A DNA stretch of 64,000 nucleotides, from the NCBI GenBank assembly GCA_964016885.1, contig OZ024740.1, positions 147,870,001 through 147,934,000 of the forward strand. The letters run 5' to 3'. Shown here piece by piece: positions 12,660 through 26,675 of this stretch; position 1 is the first letter of the stretch; every line of letters begins with the position of its first letter. The notes below the pieces were generated by a model that saw nothing but the letters and a program-made list of their open reading frames with translations, did no database searches and was not told where the DNA came from. The stretch comes from Eledone cirrhosa (lineage: Eukaryota). The translations under genes were made by a program, and so were the position numbers.

Positions 12660-14000
12660 TGAAGGAAAGTATGACATCGAATCTCTCTTTATTCAAACCA
12701 TGCTCACATGTTGGTGTGTGTTGGTGGTAGTGCATGTGTGGTGATGTAAGAGTGGTCTGTTAGTATAATTTATTAGTTAATTAGTAGGGTTAGTAGGATT
12801 AAGTATGTATCATGGTCATGTTTCTGTAACTAATTAATTAGTGCGTTTTTTTGTATTTATGTGTGTTAGTGAGTGGGTGTGTTGGTGAAGTAGTAGTGTG
12901 AGAGTGGGTAGGAGGTGGGTGATGGGAAAGACTAAATGAAGAGGGATGAGGAGTGAAAGCTATTCCCATTCCAGATCTGGAGAGAAAAACTAGTCTGCTG
13001 CTCTCTTCTAAGACATAAAATTGTGGCCTCATCACTTGCTCCAGACCCCCAAACTCATGCCTGCACATAGTAGGGTTGTTGTTAGAGTGTCTGGATGAAC
13101 CAGAAATATTGGGCAACTGCAGACTTGTTGCTGAGCAAGAGTGGGACCTGGGGAAGTAGTTGGGGGAGGAAGGGAGTTGCAGACAAGGAGATTCCAGAGG
13201 TTGCATGTGCACTTAAAGGAGGAAAGGGATGGGAAGGGGAAGATGGTGAGGGGTCTGACTGGAGGCGGCAGAAGAGATGGAGGATCATCATCTTGAGGGG
13301 CAAAGTGGAGAGGTGACAGGTAAGGAGAAAAAAGGAGTCGGTTGATGAGGGTGCATGAGCGGTAGTATGGTTGACTTCACAGATACAGGTGAGGGCATCT
13401 TGGACCAGGGTGGAGGGTGGCGTAAACTCACTGAGTGAACAGTCTGGCCATGTAATGGGCCTGTGCCTCAAATTCAGGGACTCAACTGCATAGGTATAGA
13501 AATTGAGAGTAGCAGATGGAGAGTTTGGTATGAGTGGAGTGGGATGAGGTGAATTCCAGGTAGGATTGGGAATTGGTGGGTTTGAAGAAGGCAGAGGTGA
13601 TGGAGATGGAAATAGTGAAATCGATGGCAGGGTGGAAGGAACAGAGGAAAGAGAGAAAGAAGTCAAACTGTTCCCAGGTAAGTGAGGCAGTGTTGATACA
13701 GTTGTCAATAGAAAAGCAGACTGAACTGGGAAAAGAGTTAGAAAAAAATGAAGATTCTTATAGATGAAAGACAAAAACAAATCAAGAAAGTAGACAGAGA
13801 TAAAGAATAAAAAGGAGAATGGAAACAGAAAATAAGAGAATACAGAACTAAAAGTGAGTTTTGATAAGTTTTAGAGAGGGAGAGAGAGAGAGAGGGGGGA
13901 GAGAAAGTATACATAGTATATGATGGATGAGGAGAAGGAAATAGTGAAGGTCAGGCTGAAACAAAGAAGTTACTTAGTTTCTTCAAAGTCATCCAGTACA
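12660..14000 (-). mobile_element. Degraded retroelement fragment, possibly Penelope-like
   Basis: Purine-rich, GC-richer block with broken Pro/Ser-rich ORFs. NKSAVAQ resembles the PADKxxAVV motif that precedes PLE RTs. No catalytic motif seen. Confidence 0.35.
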
Positions 14001-14059
14001 TAGTTGATAGTTTACATTATATTTAACAAAGACAGGAAACAGAAGCAGAAATAGATATA

Positions 14060-14420
14060 TAGCTGACACTCTTCATTTGCACCAACACTATTGGGGGTTG
14101 TCATATTCTCAGCAAGACTCAAGCATCCACAATACCCTACATCAGAAAACAGTACAGCTCCCATGACTTTCAGAAACATTTTTCATGTTCAGAGTTGCTG
14201 AAGCATGGAACAAACTACCTGCATTAGTTGTTAGCTGTCGGGACACTGCATACTTCAAAACTTCCTGAAATTCACCAACACTACACCTGATATTCCCCCT
14301 CCATACACATGCACATATGTGTGTGTGTCATGTCTCATACACTATTCTCTTTCCTGGCATTTGTACATTATTGTATGTACTATAAATATACCTTTGATTA
14401 GTTGTAGTGCACCTGAGCAC
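14060..14420 (+). mobile_element. CR1/L2-clade LINE 3' end
   Basis: 14191-14265 translates RVAEAWNKLPALVVSCRDTAYFKTS, the typical RV..WN.LP..VV....FK ORF2 C-terminus. Terminal stem GTGCACCTGAGCAC. Confidence 0.7.
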
Positions 14421-14628
14421 TGTATACAATAATTTTCATTATTTTGTCAATCACTTTACAAAATGCATTGAGTGCATTTTATTGTAGCATCAACACTAGA
14501 GACATAGTTTTGGTAACTGAGAGGCTAGAGAGATCTCTCCACTCCATGAAGTCGTTGTTCTTTTAAAGCAAACATTACTGAGAGGTTAATTTGAAAGGAA
14601 TGATGACCATATATTTATATATACATAA

Positions 14629-14756
<128 letters not shown>

Positions 14757-16057
14757 GGGGTAGTAGAAATGAGAGGTTTCTGTACCTCTCTTCTGCACTT
14801 AGCATCATTTAGAATGTCACAAAGAATGGCTTGGTATAATATTTATTCAATTCTTATCTACATATCTATTTGTTTCTATGCACACATGCGCTGCAGGCAT
14901 GCAAACACACAAACTCTTTACCTCTCTCTATATAGATATATACAGCTATAAAACAATTGCTCTAACAATTTGTATATAACTTCACATTTGGTAGTGCATA
15001 TGAATGACAGATCAACATCATAAACCACATAAAAATACTTTGTAGATATTGTAAATACAATCCAAAATGTATAACTAGTATATATTCTAAATATTGCATT
15101 ATTGTATCATTGATTATTCTGCAGATATCAAATTCCCTTCAATAGTTTCTCTTCCAATCCAATTCCTAAAACAAACAACACTTCAAGTGCTTTTTTTATG
15201 ATCAGTAACTATGTTTTCATCCATGTTTTCATCTTAGCTAAATATCTCATTTGGAACAGCTTATCCAAATATCTTTTTTCTCCTTAGTTATACTCTACAC
15301 CATGTTAAAGTGGAGATATCAAACAAGTTACTTGTTAATTGACAATTTATGATACTGTAATGACTTTGGAATATCTGAAGTTTATATTATTGTTGATAAC
15401 TTTACAGTCATTAAGCTTTGATCTTGTTTTCTCCGAAGAACAGTATACAAGAGCAAAAACAAAATTAAATAAAGATTCATTGGTAAATATTTTCAAACCT
15501 AACAAAATTATTATTGAAGCATACAAGTTTTCAGGAAAAATCAAATATAGTTTTTTTTTTTTTTTGTTTTGGTACCAAAATACTATCTTTAATGACATAA
15601 AATAGTATTATGTTGTAATAAATCAATTACACGACAAAGTCACTGCTCATATTCAAATGTTGAGTAATTATTATCAACTGATTTTCATGACTTTCAATGT
15701 GTCCATTTTATGTAAGAAATTGTTGATATTTCAAACTATAAATTACTTTAGCTAGTTTTTAATGGAATGTTCAACCCATGCCAACATGAAAAAGTAGATG
15801 AAAAATGATGAATATCTATATCTATATATATATAATAAAGAAGGTGTGGTAAGATACCAGGTGGACCATAACGCACCAGAGTACTGAATACTAATGGTAG
15901 TAGAGTGGGTAATAAGGATTATATATATATATATAAAAATATATATATATATAAATGCCCGTAGAGCAAATATTTATTATAAGAACAGGTTAAAGTCTAA
16001 GCAAAGAATCGCTGCTTTCACTCTTAATGAGACCTTCTGAAGATCCCATTAAGAATG

Positions 16058-16091
<34 letters not shown>

Positions 16092-17022
16092 GGCAGTTAT
16101 TCTGAAGATATAAGATTACATCGACTCCATAAGCCATAGTGAAGGCAACCTATGTAGGAGAGTAGTCACTCTGAGCAAAATCTGATACTGTGCTAGTGGC
16201 ATGATAAAATGCATCAGTCTATGCTTTAAAATGGCTGATGATAAGAAAAGTATCCAGCCAGAAAAACTAAACAACCATGAATAGTAATCCAATTCTTGCA
16301 AGTACAGAAAGATGGACATGAAAGGAAGGGTCCTAAATAAGCTAACCTATTTTAAATATGCTTTCAAATCTAAGAGGCCATGCTTGTTTGGTTTATTGGC
16401 AAAGGAAAATGGCTGAAAATGATTATTGATGAAATGGATTTAGATATATTGTTTACAAATAAAATTAGAATGGTAATATTATGAAAACAGACATGAAGGA
16501 TTGAACAAACCAATATAAAAAGTTGTTGATTATTAGTAATGTGGTGATAATACACATGTAGTTGAAGGAAATACTGAAACAAGGGTGGTTGAGCCAAATA
16601 AAACATTACTCATAGAGCATAACAAGAAACCAAAAATAAGGAGAGAAAAGGGAACATTATTGAGAGGAATCATTTAATTGATGCCAATATAATAAGGGGA
16701 GACTGATATAAAAAAAGGAAAGGAGAGGGAGAGGATATAATAGTTTATAAAAGAAAGATTTCATTTACAAACATTCATAAAAAATTAGAAATTCTTAAAT
16801 CATAGAAAAAAAATTTACATGATACAGGTGCTAAAGAAAAAAAGAATAAAATATTAATACAGAAAAAAAAAGAAAAGTAAAAGAAACTCAAAACATATCC
16901 TTTCCAAAATGCAAGAAGAGAAGCGTTCTGATAGTCAGCATGTTAGTGTTGCTGGCTTGAATGGATTAAATGATGAATGTGTGTCTGTGTGATTATTCAT
17001 ACATATAGATAATCATACATCA

Positions 17023-17093
<71 letters not shown>

Positions 17094-19747
17094 TATAAAG
17101 ATCGATCGATCGATCGATCGATCGAGAAAGAGAGCGAGAGAGAGAAAGACTTATATGTATGTAGAGGCAAATGTAATGCAACTAGACAGAACTAATAATG
17201 ATTAAAAGTTAATGCCGTCATTACAGGATAGCAAACAATCAACTATTTGAAATATAGCTGAAGGGAGAGAGTTTAGATAGAATTAGCAGCAAGTTGAAAG
17301 AAATTTTACTTATCCTTTGAAACATGCAGGTAAGCCAAGCATGTCTGTAAGTTGAAATATCCAGCAAGATTAAGAGAAGTTAGATAGCATTGAATTTGTT
17401 ATGGAGGTTTGATGGGGAAGGAGAGTTAGCGATCTGATGCATTCAGTCCAAAATTCCCAATGATAAGAAGAGCAGTAGTCTTTATAAATATTGTAAATAT
17501 ATCTCTATATATATATATACACATGCATACCAAATGCTATAACTATGTATCATAAAATGTATAAAATATTATTCAGGTGGCACACTAAACAAGAAATATG
17601 TTTTATTCAGCAATTTAATAATAATATTCATTAAGCTGCAAAGTTACACAGTTAGTTACTTCAATTAAAGTATGTTAGTCACATTACTGTTGACCAAAAC
17701 AAAATCGGTGAAGTATACCCTGAGCACATGTGGACCCTGAGCATCAGCTGGAACTTGTGGACACTTTCTTTGAGGATATACACCTTGTGTTATTCTAATA
17801 TCTACAGTAATTATATGTTCACCTCCAAGAACACCTAAGTCATTAAACTGTTTGATACCAAATCCCTTTGTATGAAATGTAACCAACCATTTTAAAGGTT
17901 TCCTATTTGAATTAAAATCTTTCAACCTAATTTAATATAAGAACCTTGTGTTAAGTTATGTAACAAATACTATCTTAATAAATAAATAAATAATTTTAGT
18001 AAATCCCTCTGAAATATTTCCTTAATTGATTGAAATACTGTGTATTTTATTGTAAATTCAATAACAAAAGAGTTAAAACATCTACAACATTTTCTAATAT
18101 ATTTGAAAGACTTGATGCTATCCCTGTTGTAAGAATAACAACATTTTGAAGTAATCCACAATTTAAGCAATCTTTTCTTTTAATCCTTATTTTAAATGTA
18201 GTAATCAATATGAAGCTCATAAAAATAGTGTAGTCCATGTAATAACATTGGTTGTTATTACTTTTACAGGTTACATTATATGACCTGAAGAAAACTGTAG
18301 AGTTTCTTCCATATTTGCAATTACCTAGGATAAATTCTCTGCAGGGCTGGCCTTAGAAGTCCAAAAGGGTGTAACTTATATATTGCAATTTGTTGTTGTA
18401 TGTACTTGACGAGGTGGTAGTAGATTACTCTAGCAAGGAGCTATCTTAGGTGCTGAGCCCAATTCGGAGCAATTGATCTAATTGGCTTAAATCTTTCACA
18501 GCTTCACAGCAACAATCAGTAGCAAGACTTTGTATTATATGCCTGTGTCTGACTGTAATTCATGTTTATTAATACCAGTTGATTGTGCAGATATCCACAC
18601 AGATTTGTCTCTATCTATTATACTTTCAAGTAATTCATGAATTTTATTTGGGTAATTGAATTATCAGAAGAGAATAGAGCACTGGTATGGACTACAATAT
18701 AAAGTTATAACACCATGTAGGTGAAGTAATGATTTCTAAGTAGTTGTCAACCTAATATTAATATGCATATCAGTACGCCATCATGTGAGCTATATGCTAC
18801 ATCAATATAGCTAAGAGGTATTCAATTTCAGCAAAGCAGTGACCAAAATTAAACAAATTTAATGAGGATTTAACAAAACCTGACATTGCAGTAAGCACCT
18901 GTTTTATGTTGCTGAGTTTATTTCACGATATGAATATATATGATTGAAACAAATATTCTTTAGATAACCAAATTAAGCCTACATTAACTTCGGCAAATAG
19001 AGCAGTATCGATACAATATAGATGTGTGTCATTATCATTAAAGCTAGAATATATTTCATTAATTATTTCCAATAATTTTATTCCAGAGTAAACTGTCATA
19101 TTATTGAGGAGATTATAATATAACATTACTAACTTATAATAAATCAACTTTTTTCAAATTCTACAGCTTTCCTTACTTATAAGTATGTATGATTTATAAG
19201 TATAATGTATGATTTGAAATAGTGCTTACCTTTAGAATCATATTTTCCTAATATCATATTAAATAATCATATAATTATAATGGTATTTTCTAGAGAATTA
19301 CCAAGAGTGTTATTCATTTGAATAATATATTAAAGACACTGTTCTATATCATTGAGAGGAAAGTATTAGGGAGAGTTTAGAATGCGTGGCAGGAATGAAT
19401 AGTTAAATTAGAGGGAGCAATCCAAAAGATAATTTTTACCTTATTAAAAACTCTCGTGTCTGGCTGAGAGAATGCCTTGTTAAAATCAATGAAGTGTGCA
19501 TCCATATGTTCCCAATTGTTAATCACATGTGAAGGTCCCTTTAAATATATCAATATACTTGTATCTTAGGTGGATTGAGAAAGGAAGTTTATGAATTAGA
19601 GTTTTGTTTCCAGTTTAACACTTCTTGAAATTTGGCCAATATTTTTACATATATCGCAGTTTTGAATGAACATACTAAACAGTATGAACAATGCTGAAAT
19701 ATTTGAATCCAATTGAAATTTCTAGCAAACTTACAGTTTTCATATTT

Positions 19748-19940
19748 CAACCCTTTAGCATTTATATTACTCTATATTTACTATTATATTTTTACGGTAA
19801 AGGCTTTGTCTCACATAATATCGAATCTATGAGATTTTGATATTCATTTTGAGAACAATACCTTAACATCAGTATGATGATTTGAACAGAAAGAGGTGAG
19901 GGAATTCTGGCTGGATATGGCTGGTTTAAATGCTGGTTAA
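19748..19940. mobile_element. TTAA/CCCTTTAG-terminus MITE, family C
   Basis: AACCCTTTAG.ATTTA.ATTACTCTATATTTACTATT is repeated at 25159-25335. Confidence 0.6.
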
Positions 19941-20325
19941 ATCTTAAAAGCATTTTACATGATCAACTTTAAGTTGATGAAAAGATTGTTGTCCAATAAA
20001 TGATTTAAAATAGTATAAGGGAGTTATTAATGTTAATGGTTGTTGTTTACTATACATTACTATCTAGAGTAGAAGTTGTGTATCATTTATTTACCACATA
20101 CACATATAGACATATATGTATATGTACACACAGTAACATGTGTTAATAAAATCAGAAAAAATATGGAGACTAATCTTGATATTACAAATAAATGGTCACA
20201 TTATTTTTATAATAATAAGCCAGATTGCATGGTGTAGATATTTGGAAAGTTATGTATCTTGGTAAGTACTTGATACATGATCTCATAGTCTATGTGGTGA
20301 TAACTTTTACAGTTGAATGCCTACA

Positions 20326-20542
20326 TTAACTCTTAACATTCTGTAATGATTTAGCAGAAAATATCTAAATACAGTTTCGTTAATTTAAACGTTTACAGGG
20401 TCTTTACTAGTGGACAGATTGTTTAAAAATTTATAGTATAAAGGTGTTAATTTTCAATCTGATACAGTTCTAGTGCTATTTTCTACTTTTCAAGAATGTC
20501 TTGCTAATGTTGTTTCATGCAGGACAGGGTGCTAAGAGTTAA
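20326..20542. mobile_element. TTAA-flanked (piggyBac-type) MITE, family A
   Basis: TTAA-CTCTTA...TAAGAG-TTAA. Copies at 52066-52289 and about 54880-55080 share AATGATTTAGCAGAAAATATCTAAA. Confidence 0.7.
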
Positions 20543-21199
20543 CTTGTAGGTGAAATAAGTGACATAAAATATACTACAGAAATCCCGTTTCAGTAAAATT
20601 TCTAAAAAAATTAAACCAGAGATCAATGCCCTAACTAGTTAAATAAAAAAAACAACAAAAAATAAAAAACAAAAAAAACAAATAAACAAACAAAAAACAG
20701 TAAGAATTAATTCTAATGCAATTAGAATTACTAACTTCGTATTTAAGTGATAATGTATGTTGAATGTTTCTGTCAAGAGAAGGTTAGAGAAATTTGTTTC
20801 TGGCAAACTCTGGCTGATTACAGCTTGCTACAAGCAATACAGATCAGTCATTACCATATAATAGATGAAGCAACATCAACCTGGTCAAAATTGAAACAAC
20901 AAAAAAGACAATATATGAAAAAGAAAATACAAAAAATAAATCACTATCCCAGCATGTCTATTACTAAACAGAAAGAAAATATATTTATTATGCAAAAACA
21001 AATTGCAAACATGAATGTAAATTTATAACTTCCATAATAAGGTAATCTGTGTGGCTCTGTGGGGAGGGTATGTGTATATGATGGGGTGTATAGTAAATCT
21101 TGGTGAGCTGAGTTCACATCCTGGATTAAATATCAATAGAATAACCTCTTTTCATGGTTTTCATAACTACCTTTTTCTACTTGTTTGAAGTTAATAGAG

Positions 21200-21437
21200 T
21201 TAACACTTTTGATACTAATCTGCCTCAAATCACCTCTGGTTCTATGAAACAATGCCAACCATTTTATAGAGTTCCTATTTGAATTAAAATCTTAACATAA
21301 TTTGACATAAGGACCTTGTGTTAAATTATTTAACAAATATCATCTTAAAATGAAATAATTAATCATTTTAGTAAATACTTCATTAATTATTTCAAATACA
21401 GTATATTTCATCATAAATATGGTAATGAAAGAGTTAA
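21200..21437. mobile_element. TTAA-flanked MITE, family B
   Basis: TTAA ends. Shares TTCCTATTTGAATTAAAATCTT...TAAG.ACCTTGTGTTAA.TTAT.TAACAAATA with 17843-18076. A reverse copy lies near 53996-54222. Confidence 0.65.
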
Positions 21438-22582
21438 TCAGTTGCTGATGGATACCTCACATTAGGAAAAGTCAATTAGAAAATGCAATCAATTTGGAAT
21501 TTTCATGTTTGGTTGGATAATTTTGAAAATATAGATGTTTAAATGAATTGTAAATATCTATCAAGTTAATCAAAGAGTAGAGGCTAGTAGAAGCAATTTT
21601 AACGATCTGCCTGAGATTTAGCAGAGTTTTAACTCATGATATTTGGATAAAATATAGCTGAGATAAAAAAAAAGGTGATATTTGTGTAAAAGTGACGGTG
21701 TATTTATATTTCATATCTTTATACTTTCAACACCATCAAGCATTAATAATGTTAGAATAAAAGTCAGATACTGTGCCTACATAGAATTACAATTTCTAGG
21801 ATTTTTGGTAAGAGCTGAAGAGCATTTATGTTACTATGGTCTAATATTTTCGGCCAGTACAGAAATAAACACAAGAGAAAGTATCTCAGAATGAATGTAA
21901 TTTTTTTCTTCATTTAAGCAGTTAAAGTACTATTATCTAAGAAGTATTGGTATTTCTAACTATGTTGCGAAAATATCACGTTAGCTACATTACAAATTGG
22001 ATTGATGATATTGCAAGAATGTAGAAAAATATTTAATGTATAAGTAGAAATCAATATTAAATAAATAAATAACGTGATCTTTTACTCATACTAATCTTAG
22101 AAAACATAATTTCTTAAAAATAATTCTATTAAATGAGAAAGATTTCAAATAGATGAAATACTTAGAACTGGAAGGGGATGAATAAATAAAATATCAAAAG
22201 AAATTTATGATTTTATAAATATATATTTATGATTATATATAATCTCAATTCTGTATTTGAAATGTTATTACAAAAAACAAAAACAACAACATATTTTAGA
22301 GTATTTTTTTTTTCAATTCTGAAAGCTGATTTAATTATTTAGTTGTTCATTTTATATGAATTCCTAAAAGTGGAAAACAGTAAAGCACAGAAAAATAAGT
22401 AAAAAGATATAAAATCATGAATGAGGACATTAAAATGCAAGCAATTAACATGAATATAAATATAAATATCTACATGTACATACACACACACACATATACA
22501 TATATATATATATACATGCACACACACATATATATGTGTGTGTCTGTGTATGTGTGTATGTATAAGTGTGTGTGTGTCTGTG

Positions 22583-22617
<35 letters not shown>

Positions 22618-23592
22618 TTAGAGGGTGTAATTTATAATGTATAATTTTTTTAGTGATTTATTTTCTGTTATTTTTTGGTGGGAGAAGATAAATGCACAGC
22701 TATATATGAAACACTGGAATTTAACAGGATTTAAACTAAGTATCACAGAGAACAATTTATTATTTCCTTGTCGAAAGGTAGTTATTAGAAATCTTGCATA
22801 AAAGACTACTTTTATACATATTTGGAGGAAATATTCTCTGAACTAACTGACATATTGACCATAGTGTTTAATTTACTAACATTGCTGACATGTTTCTTCT
22901 CTCAAACACAAAGGTGGACATTCTCTATCATGATATCTAGCTTCATTATAACAACCAACTTGTTGTTATTGCATATTATGTTGATAAAATAGTTGATAAA
23001 ATAGGCACCTTCACCTACTAATCTACTTCATCCATAGAGATAGGTACACTGAGAAAAATGGAAAACACAAACAAAACATCAACCACAACAAAAGACACCA
23101 CCTTTCTCATTTCAACACTTTCCCTTTCCCCCTCACTTGAACAGTGCTGCAACATATTTAAAGTAGATTGCTATGCTGACAACCCAGAAGTGACGACAGG
23201 CATTAATTAAATACAATGTACTGTAGACAGCTAGGAATTTACCCGGGGAGGACCTTCTGTCCTCCATTGCATCTTTGTATATCTTGGCATTCACACATGC
23301 ACATACATATTATAAATATATATATATTAGATTATATATAAACACACACACACACACATACATACATATATATATATGTGTATAAGTAGATGATACACAG
23401 GGAAATACATTTATATGCATACACGCCTATATGCAGAGAAATACATTAAGTATAGAATTTATAATAGCTACAAAATTTATAATAGCTACAAAAAATTAAG
23501 ATAATGTTCAAAATCTCTTAGTTAATTTTTTAAGAATACTATTCATTATTGTAAGGCAACTCTAACAAAATAGCCATTTATTTGCTATAATA

Positions 23593-23772
23593 ATTGTTTC
23601 TACTTTAGGCACAAGGCCAGCAATTACCCAGTGCATTACTGGTACTTTATTTTATCGACCCCGTAAGGATGAAAGGCAAAGTCAACCTCGGCGGGATTTG
23701 AACTCAGATCATAAAGGGACGTAACTATGCTGGAAAGCATGGCGTCCGACCCTCTACCGATACTGCCAATCC
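23593..23772 (-). mobile_element. tRNA-derived SINE, family 1
   Basis: Reverse complement of the copy at 61361-61552, with high identity. Confidence 0.9.
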
Positions 23773-24016
23773 ATAATAATTAATACACAAACAAGAACAA
23801 ATTATATTGTTTGTGCACTGTGTGTATATATATATATATATGTGTGTATATATATGTATATATATACACACATATATATGTATATATATGTATATATATA
23901 TTATATGTATATATATATATACACACACACACACATATACATACATATATATATATATATATACACATATATATACATACATACATAGACACACACACAC
24001 ATATATATATATATAA

Positions 24017-24919
24017 TGAAGGAAATGTGGTAAGGAACCAAGTGGACTTGCTTTAATTTCTTGTATATCAGTATTTATTTTTTGGCGGGGCTGGGGGGTC
24101 GGGATTCTGAATTAATTTTCCGTATAAAATTTTTCATATACTTCGTACGAGCATTTATGTAGTTTGCACTAGAATTTTTGTATCGTAGCGGCACCTTTAG
24201 AGAAAGTATTAGTATTCATTTTTGGGATTCTGAATTATTATTTCGTATTAGTTTATTTTTTGCACTGGGTGGTTGCTGGCCTTGTGCCTAGGGTAGAAAC
24301 AATTATTTCGTATTAGTCGCAGGACTCTGAATTATTATTTTGTGTTAGTTTCTTTAGTATTTTGGCCCCTCACTTGTGGATCTGTCACCGTAAGATATAC
24401 TCGGTTGATTACTACTAACTCTTAAAATGGTCTCATTATAATTCCGTCCCACCTAGTAAACTTTTCTATAGTTTAGCAGTACCAGTGAGAGACTTGATGA
24501 CTGTCGTTAGGGAATAGTAACCAGAATTTGTTTTTTTTATACTCTTAACATTCTCGGTATTCTTCTATATATTTACCCCATATTATTTTACTTATTGTTT
24601 TGACTTCCTCCCCCTCCCCCTCCCTAGTATACTTGCTTGACCTCCTGCCCTGCTGTAGTTGGCACTATCTACGCACGACTGGGTTTCCTCCACCCCCTCT
24701 CCCTCTTTCTTCTACTGGCAGGTTCAGCTACCCCTTCCTTCCACAAATTGCCATGATAGAATTATGTGTCTCAACAACAAACTTTTGACCAATCCTTGTG
24801 ACAATCACTTTTACCATATATGGAAGCTCGGCTATTCATATACCAGGATAAAAATTTTCATTTAGTCCAGAATTAGCCGTCGAAACGGCTTGAGCTCAGC
24901 CGTCGGGGTCCTACTCATT

Positions 24920-24921
<2 letters not shown>
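24017..24921 (+). mobile_element. Unclassified ~0.9-kb CpG-containing insertion in (TA)n, ending in a hammerhead-like 3' half (Penelope-like terminus)
   Basis: Bounded by (TA)n on both sides. Ends GTCGAAACGGCT-TGAGCTC-AGCCGTC-GGGGTC. The same ~60 bp recurs at 46225-46285. Confidence 0.5.
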
Positions 24922-24975
<54 letters not shown>

Positions 24976-26570
24976 TATACACATATATATATATTCATAT
25001 ACACATATGTTTATATATGTGTACATATGTTTATATATACATATGTGAGTATACATATAAACATATATTTGAATACCTAATTTCTTTTAAGGCTATGCCC
25101 CAGCATAGTTGAAGTCTACCACCTTGAATGTGTTGGAGCCTATGTTTAACCGAGGCATTAACCCTTTAGTATTTACATTACTCTATATTTACTATTGTAT
25201 TTTCATGGTAAAGGCTTTATTTTACATAATATCTCACATAATATCAACTCTATGAGATTTTGATGTTTACTTTAACATCTCTATGAGTGGCCAGTTACAG
25301 CTGGTTTGCACAGAAAAATTGAGAGAATTCTGGCCAAGAATGTGAACAACAAGAAAGTTCATGAATGCAATGCATTTAACACCTTGATTTTACAACAAAC
25401 CAACAATCACATATTTAACAGTTGTTAAAACATATGTTATAAATAAAATTTATTGCTTAACAATTCCTAATCAGAGGTTTCTAACAATGGATGATTACTT
25501 GTATTTACTTCAGGAGTGTATCTTTCCTAGCCATATTTAAAGCATGATATAATCTTAGTGGTGCAAGTCAATGAAACTTGTTAATTTTGTTGTATTTCCA
25601 CTGGTTATAAAAGTAACTTGCACCTTTGTATGATAACTAATTTCAGCTAAGTAGTTTCATCCATTTATGCATCAATGATGAAACATAGACCATTGGTTCT
25701 ATTACCAACCTTACTGGTTGTGACTCCTACAACAAAATAAAAGTTTAAATTTGAACCAATGACAAGAAGTTACAAACAGCAAAACATTATTTGGAGTCCA
25801 TCCAAGGAAAATGCTATAATATTTCTATGGATTATCCGTTTTCTTAACTTTACAGATAGAACACTGATCAATTAACTACAGATTAAAGAGATTATTACAT
25901 CCTATCATTGGAACTGAGTATATGACCAATCTTTAAAATAAGCTACTCCAATCTAACCAACTGAGATACCATGCATGTGTACAATAGGAACACTATATCA
26001 AGTAATTTTTGGTTAACCTCCGTATACTACAGAAAGTCAAAGTTTTCAACGAATGCCATGACAGCAAAAGAGTTAATGTGATTTACTTTAAAAAACACAA
26101 CAATACACATCAATGAAGAATGACATAAATATTCCAATGCAGAGGCTTCCATAAACTGCTACACAAAAGTCTATGAAGTAAAATGGAAAACTAAAAATTA
26201 CATAACATTTCAATATCATTATTTTCAAACAACATACACATCATCTTATATAACATATAGCTATATAAACTGCTAGAAAACGTGTGAAGTAGAAAGAAAA
26301 AAATAGTAAGTTTGTAATTAACAGGTGTTGTCATTTTGATAAAAAGCTTGTAAGAGAAAAGGCAATTATTTGTGAGAAATGAAATTTGTTTCTGAAAAAA
26401 ACAAAAAAGGAAAATGTAAACTTGGAAATGAAATAGAGATATAAAAATACAAAGATAAAGAATTTATAATGGAATAAAAAATATTATGGATTCTTCAATA
26501 TCAAAACAAAGAGAATATAAAATATGATCATTAAATATTAAGCACACTTTAAGAAAGAATAGGTCCTTAC

Positions 26571-26675
26571 CGTTGATGTTAATTGTGTCAGAGTTGGCTC
26601 TATAAGATTCAAGTCATTATCTATGGTAGCATCAACAGATTCTAGACTGATTCCTTCCGGAAAAATATTGTCCAT
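26571..26675 (-). CDS. MITF: MiT/TFE exon: acidic activation-domain region
   Basis: TTTTAG|ATG...ACG|GTAAGG, 105 nt, phase 0-0. Encodes MDNIFPEGISLESVDATIDNDLNLIEPTLTQLTST, compared with MITF [32 protein letters not shown]. Too short to appear in the ORF track. Confidence 0.92.

Noticed and set aside
13965-14000. Minus-strand CTGGATGA...GAAAC hammerhead-like string
   Set aside because: The core has an insertion and the stems do not pair convincingly.
17100-17123. (GATC)6 self-complementary repeat
   Set aside because: A short microsatellite variant within a compound repeat, with no evidence of function.
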